The translations under genes and the position numbers were made by a program. A stretch of DNA of 64,000 nt, taken from contig OX597820.1 of the NCBI GenBank assembly GCA_951406725.2, positions 42,780,001 to 42,844,000 of the forward strand. The letters run 5' to 3'. The notes under the pieces were generated by a model that saw only the letters and a program-made list of their open reading frames with translations, was not told the DNA's origin and did not search any database. This document shows, piece by piece, positions 55,879-64,000 of the stretch (position 1 is the stretch's first letter; each line of letters opens with the position of its first letter). Source of the DNA: Octopus vulgaris. Its lineage: Eukaryota.

Positions 55879-57089
55879 CTAGCTTAAGGTGACCCGCTCT
55901 ACGCGCGGGTAAGAGTGTGGTTGTTACTTTCTGTTGCTTCCTTTCAGCACGTAAAAAGCACCATCCGAACGTGGCCGATTGCAGCGCCGCCTTGACTGGC
56001 TTCTGTGCCGGTGGCACGTAAAAAGCACCAACCGATCGTGGCCGCTGCCAGCCCCCTGGCACCTGTGCCGGCGGCACGAAAAAAGCACCCACTACACTCA
56101 CAGAGTGGTTGGCGTTAGGAAGGGCATCCACCTGTAGAAACACTGCCAGATCAGACTGGAGCCTGGTGCAGCCTCCTGGCTTCCCAGACCCCGGTCAAAC
56201 TGTCCAACCCGTGCTAGCACGGAAAACGGACGTTAAACGATGATGATGATGATGATGATGATTCTCCCTCTTTGTTTCTCTCTCCTTTCTCTCTCACTTT
56301 CCCACTCTCTTACTTTTCTTTTCTCTCGGACTCTCCCTCGCTTTCTCTTACTCTCTATCTTTATCTATCTCTCTCCCATTTATAAACAACAAAAGATCTT
56401 GAGTAAGTTGAGAAATAAAATATTTAGAAAGATCAATCATAAATATCAGGCAGTGGCAACGGAAAGGTCTGCTTCAAGGCAGACAGCAAAACACTAACAT
56501 TTAAAAGGGACAGACGAACTTGCGAGCTGAATAAAAATAATAAAATATTGGAAACCAAAGTTTGAAGGGATAGAATCTGAGGATAGTAGAGTCACCATGG
56601 CTGGCATTTCTTAACGACGGACAGCAACGTATTGACAGTTTAACGGCTGGCGTAAAATTTTGAACTTGATGTAAAAGAAAATTCCTAAACACCAAGTTTT
56701 GAAGTGATTCTTTCTCACGACAGTAGACTCACCATGGCAAGCATTCAAAACTTCTTCATCATGGACGGCAACACATTGACGATTAAAAGGCTGGCGCAAA
56801 TTTTTTAGCTTGATGTAACAGAGAATTCCTAAACACCCGCTCCTTTAAATTTTAATCCCCTTCCAGCCCCATTTAGACCCCTTTTCACATTTTGGTTAAT
56901 ATAACCCGATTTCATTCGGGTCTACTGGGGCCACATTTTATAAGATGAGGAATTTTGTCCTAGAGGTCACGCCTTTCATTTGAGGAAAAAAATAGTTGTC
57001 ATGCAAACTTGCCAGCACTTTTAACATCGGTGTGCATATTTTCAGCTCAACCGACCACATAATGCACACATTATATATATATGTGTGTG

Positions 57090-57150
<61 letters not shown>

Positions 57151-57978
57151 ACGCATTATATATACAAATGTATACAAATTATATATATATATGTATAAAT
57201 TAAATTAGAGATAAAACCACTAATAGGCAAATCAAACAGTGAAAAACATAAACCAAAACATAAAAATAAAAATATAATATACAAAATATATGAAATATAA
57301 AATTTAAAAATTTAAATTATTTAAATTTAAAATAAAAATTATTAATTTATATTTATAATTTTTTTAAAAATATATATAACTATCAAAAAGTATTAAAAAG
57401 TTTAATATACATAAATACAGATATATACACTTTGTACATATACATTATATATACATATTTATATATAGAACACACACACACACACACACATATAAATTAA
57501 CCCAATAAATATCTGATTCATAATATTTGTTCTCATGATTGGGTTGTTGTGGTGGCGATGATAATTCTGTCTATGAATGCAGACAGACGTAGAGAGAGAG
57601 AGTGTGAAAGCGCTGTCGAAGGCGGGGAGACGGGAGATATAGAACGCCGTTTGACGACGTTATAAAGAGAAAGTGAAGGGGCGTTAGACGCTGTTAGACG
57701 ACGTTATATATAGAAAGTGATGGGATGGGAGGAAAGAGAGTGAGTGACGGAGGAAGACAGATACATAAAAGAATGAAAGTAGACTTGTCAAAGTGCGTTT
57801 TTGGCCCTAGCAACGACACCTTTTAACCTAGCCCACTGGCATCCTTACCTCATTTTGCATATCCCTGTAAATTTTGGAGTCAATCCGACGGGATCTAGTA
57901 GCCTTTAACCCTTTCTCAATGCCAAAACCAGACAAACAAACAAACAAACTTTTCGCATTTCAGTTTTATAAATAGAGA
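55879..57978 (-). mobile_element. Non-autonomous Helitron-like element with nested insertions
   Basis: Minus start TCTCTATTTATAAAACTGAAATG + (GTTT)n; end hairpin ACCCGC-GCGTAGA-GCGGGT then CTAG|T; internal diverged repeat 56585-56693 / 56722-56837. Confidence 0.7.
55946..56261 (+). mobile_element. SINE family C (Meta-domain-like), 5'-truncated, (TGA)n tail
   Basis: Three GCACGWAAAAAGCACC subrepeats, GGCGTTAGGAAGGGCATCCA domain, AACGGACGTTAAAC(GAT)n end. Confidence 0.75.
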
Positions 57979-57989
57979 TATATATATTA

Positions 57990-58808
57990 ACTTGAATAAG
58001 GGTAGAAACTGATATTAATCAATTAAAACCAGTGGCCTAGCATATTAAAAAAACCCGAAGATTTAAAATATTTTTACATACAAAATTTAAAGGACTGACC
58101 ACTAAAAGTGGACGGTCAACATGCTAGATATAGACGTCGAAATCGCTATTTTCCACGAAGAATGCGTTCTCAAATAAAGCTCAGCACAAACCAAAGTGCA
58201 AAAAATAAGCAAGACAAATGAAAATATACGAAATAATAACGATTACCTATGTACCGATCAGTTTCGCTTGTTAATATCTACGCATATTGATCCGTGGAAA
58301 TCTGCAAGCTCATCAGCATAGTCTGTCGTATACAAATATAATTTCCAGGACTAGATACAAAAATGCTTGACCGGAGTCCCGCATGCATAGAGCCCAACAA
58401 ATTATATTTATGTGTATCCTTCAAATGCCTTCACGTTGGCGCGCTGACATCGGAAATCGACCCTGCAGTTAATAAACTGCAGCAGTCAATTTACCGGTTA
58501 GAGAACATTTTTTTAGTATTTAAAATTGAATAAGGGTAGAAATTGATATTAATCAATTTGCAGATTTCCACGTATCCATATGCGTGGATATTAACAAGCG
58601 AAACTGATCGGTACATAGGAAATCGTTATTATTTCGTTTATTTTCATTTGTCTTGCTTATTTTTTACACTTTGGTTTGTGCTGAGTTTTTATTTGAGAAA
58701 ACATTCTTCCTGGAAAATAGCGATTTTGACGTCTATATCTAGCATATTGACCGTCCACTTTTAGTGGTCAGTCCTTTAAATTTTGTATGTAAAAATATTT
58801 TAAATCTT
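57990..58808. mobile_element. Hammerhead-bearing element: 534 bp unit, start of next unit, then inverted arm
   Basis: 57992-58023 repeated at 58526-58557; ~58558-58808 is the revcomp of 58058-58307; homologous to 19939-20425; TA-flanked. Confidence 0.88.
58247..58321 (-). ncRNA. Type I hammerhead ribozyme, canonical core
   Basis: CUAUG-CUGAUGA-GCUUG...CAAGC-GAAA-CUGAUCGG UA^CAUAG; stem I 5/5, G10.1-C11.1 pair, self-complementary stem III ACUGAUCGGU. Confidence 0.88.
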
Positions 58809-58825
58809 TTATATATATATATATA

Positions 58826-60680
58826 GTTAATCCGAACATGGACAAAGAGAAAACACAACACCGCGAGGGCGTGGAACAAGTATAGTGTTATTGGACGCTC
58901 AGGAAAGGAAAGAAAGAAGGAGGATTTAACATTTCGAGCGGAGCTCTTCGTTAAAATTATAGGAAAAAGGAAAAATTCAAGGAAGGGAAGTCGGAGAAAG
59001 AAAATCGCCATCGATACACACGCGGTCACATATTGAAATGACCGGAAGGGAATGGGTGAAGAAAAAGACAGGAGAGTGCAAGAGGAGATATGTGTGTATA
59101 TGTGGGTATGTGCGTGCGCATAGGTCTGTGTGTGTGTATAGTGATAGCATATGCGCCCGCGCGTGTGTGTGTGTGTGTGTGTGGTTGCAGCTGTTTATCT
59201 ATGTATGTGGTTGGCCTTAGTATCGTTTAAGGTCATAGGAAGAATATATAGTAAGAATTATTCTAGGACTGGCTGCCTGTTGTGTGTTTACCTAGATATG
59301 TGCGTAGGAGAATGGTCAGTAGAAGGTACTGGTAATTTTGAAGTATGTCTGTGTGCGTGTATTTATATGTAGTGTGTGTGTGTGTTTTGTTTGCAGTGTG
59401 TGTATGTGTGTGTGTATGTACGTGTGTGTTCGTTTGTGTATGTGTGTATGCGTGGGGATGTGTGCGTGTGTGGAGTAATTGTACTATACACTGTGTATGT
59501 GTGAGTGTTTGCTTGTATGTCCGTGTGTGTGTGTACACGTATGTATAATAGTGTGTGTATGTATGTGTCAGTGTGTACTGTTTGTGTATGGGAGGTATGT
59601 GTGGGTTCATTTGCGTGAGCGTGTGCGTGTGTGTGTATGTGTATGCGTGTGAGTGTATGTGAGTGTGTACATGTGTGTGTATGTGGAATGTACTTTGTGT
59701 GTGTGCATGTGCATGAGTGTGTGAACGAGGAGTTGTGTAGGGGGAATAGTTGCGTTTTTGCTCGTGTAGGCATGTGCGTGTGTGTGTGCGTGTACATGCG
59801 TATGCGCGTGTAGTTGTGTGCGTGTATGTATGCGTATAGTTGTGTGTGCGTGTGTGCGTATGTGGGTATATATACGTATATGCGTGGGGTTATGACTGTT
59901 AGGTACGTGTGCATTCGCATGCGTGTGTGCGTGCATATGTGTGCGCATGTGTGTGTGCGTGTGTGTATGTGTCTCTATGTGTATGCGTATGTATATGTGT
60001 GTGTGCGTGTATGCATGTATATGTATGTATGTGTGTGTGAATTGGTGTATGCGTGTATGCGTGGGTTGTGTGTGGGGTTTGTGTGGAGGGTGTAGGCGTA
60101 TATGTGCGTACTTGTGTGTATGTGCATGTGTGCGTGTGCATATGTGCGTGTGCTTACGTGCGTGTGTGCGTGTGTGTTTATGCCTATGTGTGTGTAATTG
60201 TGTGCGTGTCTGTATGTGTAATGTGGGTTGGAGGTATATGTGCATCCCTGTGCGTGTGTATGTGTGTGTGTGTATGCGTGTGTGTATGTGTGTGGAAGTA
60301 TGTGTGGATATGTGCATCTATGTATGTTGTATGTGTGTGGTGTGTGTGGGAGGTATGTGTGCGTTCGTGGATATATACGTATGTGTGTGCATGTGTGCGT
60401 CTATATAGAAATAAAAACAATAAATTATAAAACAATAAAATATAAAAATTAAGGTTGAAAGGTGATAAGGAAGTTAATGCAATATAAATGGCGCAATTAC
60501 AAGCAAAAATGAAAAATGAAACACGGTTGCTTTGTTGCAGGAGATGTAGAGGCAGTCAATGGGAGAATGGGGTGGTGTTTAGTCCGTAGGGGATAGATTA
60601 AAGATATACCTCTGTTCCAGGCGGAGTCGTGAGTGTGTGGGTCCGTGCTATAAAGCAAGGCCAAAGACGGAGATGTTGCC
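58826..60680 (-). mobile_element. 5'-truncated Penelope-like element: GIY-YIG tail, long AC-rich 3' region, terminal hammerhead-like motif
   Basis: 60680-60556 translates NISVFGLAL*HGPTHSRLRLEQRYIFNL / PYGLNTTPFSH* (E..I....PxGLN motif); degenerate (AC) tract ~59090-60405; ACGAAGAGC-TCC-GCTCGAAATGTT at 58951-58928. Joining these into one element is inferred. Confidence 0.7.
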
Positions 60681-60714
60681 TAATTAAGCAGATACATCTT
60701 TAGCAGTGGAATAG

Positions 60715-61182
60715 ATGAGGTTATTTAAGATTAGGTCATTTCGCTTATTTCTTAAGATCTGTCTAAGAGCAATGTTATATACCATGATTGTTATTTTTAT
60801 GTTGTTTGAGAGCTTTGGTAGCATTTCTCTATTGTGCATGTTAGTAAATTCAGTTTGGCTGAGTTTTCTCTTATCTTTTTTGGCTTGTGTGGCCTCTTTA
60901 TTATTCAGCTCAAATTCTGCATCCTATCTATTCTGGTGTTCTTGAGATAGGTCTACTTTCTCCTCTTTTTCCGCATATCTGTTCTAAGTTATCCTTTATT
61001 CAGTTTACGCGTTGGAATATACTCCTCGTACACTGGGTCCTGTGCATCCGTTACCTATTTCATCTGCAATGATGCTGTTTTCATTTGGTCTATCATGGGA
61101 TATTCGGATCCTAATTTGGCTAATTTCAGCGTCTGTTAACCTTTTATTCTTAATGATGTCTCTTCGTACATTAATATATTTG

Positions 61183-61185
<3 letters not shown>
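60715..61185 (-). mobile_element. Probable N-terminal ORF fragment of an R4/Dong-like LINE
   Basis: NVRRDIIKNKRLTDAEISQIR resembles recalled R4/Dong N-terminal sequence; adjacent to clear 3' fragments. Confidence 0.45.
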
Positions 61186-61231
<46 letters not shown>

Positions 61232-61289
61232 TACTTCGTTGCCTATTAAATTTCTCCATTATCATCATCATCATTATTATTATTATAAT

Positions 61290-62062
61290 TCAGTAGTCTT
61301 AATTTATCACGTGCTTTCACCGCACTACCGATCGCAACTCTGTGTGTCTTGGGTATGTGCTGTCATTTTTGTGATGCTCTTACTATTTATGTGCAGTGCC
61401 TAGTAGTACTATTTTCTGTATGATACATATATTTTTGTTAGTCCTGGTGTTTTTGTTATGTATTTGTCTGAATATTTTTTATCATACCTAATGCGCCCAC
61501 TATGATAGGAATTGTTCCTGTTTTTAGACAACACATTCGAGTTACCTCTATTTCCAGGTCTTTGTATTTTGAAAGTTTATCCAATTCTTTTACAGAGACG
61601 TTGTCATCTGTTGGTATTGATATATCAATTAGAAAGCATTTTTTTCTTCATGATCTCTGACAACTGTATCGGGCCTTAATTTTTCTGTCTATTTGTACTG
61701 GCATATCCTATAGTATTGTTGCGTTCTCATTTTCTGTGACCTTTTCTGGCGTGTGCTTATACCATCCTTTTTTGTTGTTATTCCATAGTGTTGGCATAGT
61801 CTCCAGCGTATGTAGTTATCAACTCTGTCGTGACTGTGAATATATTCTTTCTTAACTAGGACTGGGCAACCTGAGAAATATGATCGATTGTTTCTTGTCC
61901 ATCTCCACATATTCTGTAGTTACTTGTATGTTTGTTTTAATTTTTTGTTATTTCTGGTGGGGAGGCTTTGGTTTTGTTTTGCTGTTAAAAATCCTTCAGC
62001 CTCTGCTTTGAGTCCTGAGCTTCTCAGCCATTCTTGTGATTTTGCTTTGTCTATTCCTTTTG
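61290..62062 (-). mobile_element. R4/Dong-like non-LTR retrotransposon 3' part (CCHC + RLE endonuclease)
   Basis: SGCPVLVKKEYIHSHDRV..WRLCQHYGI; RPDTVVRDHEEK; KCFLIDISIPTDDNVSVKELDKLSKYKDLEIEVTRM..TIPIIVGALGMIK; bounded by (TAA)n. Confidence 0.88.
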
Positions 62063-62094
62063 CGTTTTATTATCATTATTATTATTATTATTAT

Positions 62095-62221
62095 TCAGTA
62101 GTTTTATTTTTATAGCGTGCTTTCACTTCACTACCGAGCGCAGCTCTGTGTGCCTTGGGCATGTGCTGTGAGTTGTTGTGATGCTCTGATGGTTATTGTA
62201 TGGAAAGTGTTCTGCGTAGGA

Positions 62222-62222
<1 letters not shown>
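62095..62222 (-). mobile_element. Second R4/Dong-like 3' terminal fragment
   Basis: Homologous to 61290-61380; (TAA)n on both sides. Confidence 0.8.
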
Positions 62223-62263
<41 letters not shown>

Positions 62264-62563
62264 ATGTTTGACTTTTGCATTGTTTTTGTACAAGTTGGCT
62301 CCAAGTCTCACCCAGACACCTCAAGAGGCAACATGTTAGAAGTTCAAGTTGGCGTTATACCTAGGGTGTTATTTATTTGTTTTTGCACAAAGCATTGTTG
62401 AGAATGTTTAAGAAATCATAAGAAAATTATAAGCTTGTTTTAAAATTTGAGATTAGATAGACAGTATTTTACGTAGGATATGGATAGTTCCCATGAGCCC
62501 TATCTTTTGAATTTCTGCCACTTGGGAGTTTTCTGTTAGCTGATCTAAGTAGAAATCAGCCCC

Positions 62564-62592
62564 ATAATAATAATAATAATAATAATAACAAC

Positions 62593-62641
<49 letters not shown>

Positions 62642-62650
62642 ATAATTCTT

Positions 62651-62733
<83 letters not shown>

Positions 62734-62738
62734 CATCA

Positions 62739-62790
<52 letters not shown>

Positions 62791-62795
62791 CATCA

Positions 62796-62838
<43 letters not shown>

Positions 62839-62847
62839 CATTATTAC

Positions 62848-62895
<48 letters not shown>

Positions 62896-62917
62896 CATCA
62901 TCATCTTCATCATCATG
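62564..62917. repeat. Compound (TAA)n/(TTC)n/(TAT)n/(CAT)n microsatellite
   Basis: Direct reading; source of the poly-Ile ORF. Confidence 0.95.
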
Positions 62918-63400
62918 AAGTAATGAACATACATTATGATTATTTTAATTTTGGATTTCGACCGAACAGTATTTGATCTAACCGGCAATGATCTCGATGG
63001 AAGCGCACATGTATGACCACAGTCTAATTAATGACTAAAAGTTCTATAGCATTACAAATCATCTACCTATATGTAGTACTGATATTTTAAGCTTTTCTCG
63101 TTTAATATTTATGTACACACAATTAAATATTATCGAAACTCTCTAAATAATCAATGTGTGTGTGTGCGTGCGCGTGCCTGCGTGTGCGTGTGTCTTTGTA
63201 TGAATGAGGAATGGTCATACTCAAAGACAGCTTGTAGCCATCCGTACTGAATATAGTTGTATTATTGAGAATATGAATGGGTAAATTGTTACAGCGCTTA
63301 AGTGGCAGCTGGCTATATTACATATGTTCTATTACATAATTGGATGTTTCCTGCTTTTGATTTAACTGAGAACAGTTTAAGATTCGGTTGGTAATTTTTT

Positions 63401-63880
<480 letters not shown>

Positions 63881-64000
63881 ATTAATCGATTCCGTTTCGG
63901 GTGAGGAGTACTTGCGTAGCATATTCTTCAGACACAGCCCTACCATACTTTTTCTCTCATTCTCTAATATACACACACATGGAGACGTTTTATATATAGA

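Overview
AT-rich, microsatellite-saturated eukaryotic DNA with no intact protein-coding gene that I can support. Nearly all ORFs in the track are translations of simple repeats. The SINE families and (TA)/(TATG)/(GATA) density suggest an octopus (coleoid cephalopod) genome; this is inference. The window is mostly mobile-element remnants: several tRNA-derived SINE families (one as a 4 x 184 bp tandem array), non-autonomous Helitron-like elements, a piggyBac-type MITE, a mariner MITE, and relics of Chapaev3-like, Gypsy LTR, RTE, R4/Dong, CR1/Jockey-like and Penelope-like (GIY-YIG) elements. The main observation is four non-coding, (TA)n-embedded elements at ~4.2, 19.9, 20.5 and 58.0 kb. Each carries a type I hammerhead ribozyme motif with a palindromic stem III, shares a terminal ACCA(A)GTRGT-like motif, and has an inverted arm lacking the last ~65-92 nt. 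The largest is a 2.6 kb array of ~593 bp units with five hammerheads. These look like retrozyme-like or non-autonomous Penelope-dependent elements. All folds and alignments were done by eye, family names come from recalled motifs, and boundaries of decayed elements are approximate.
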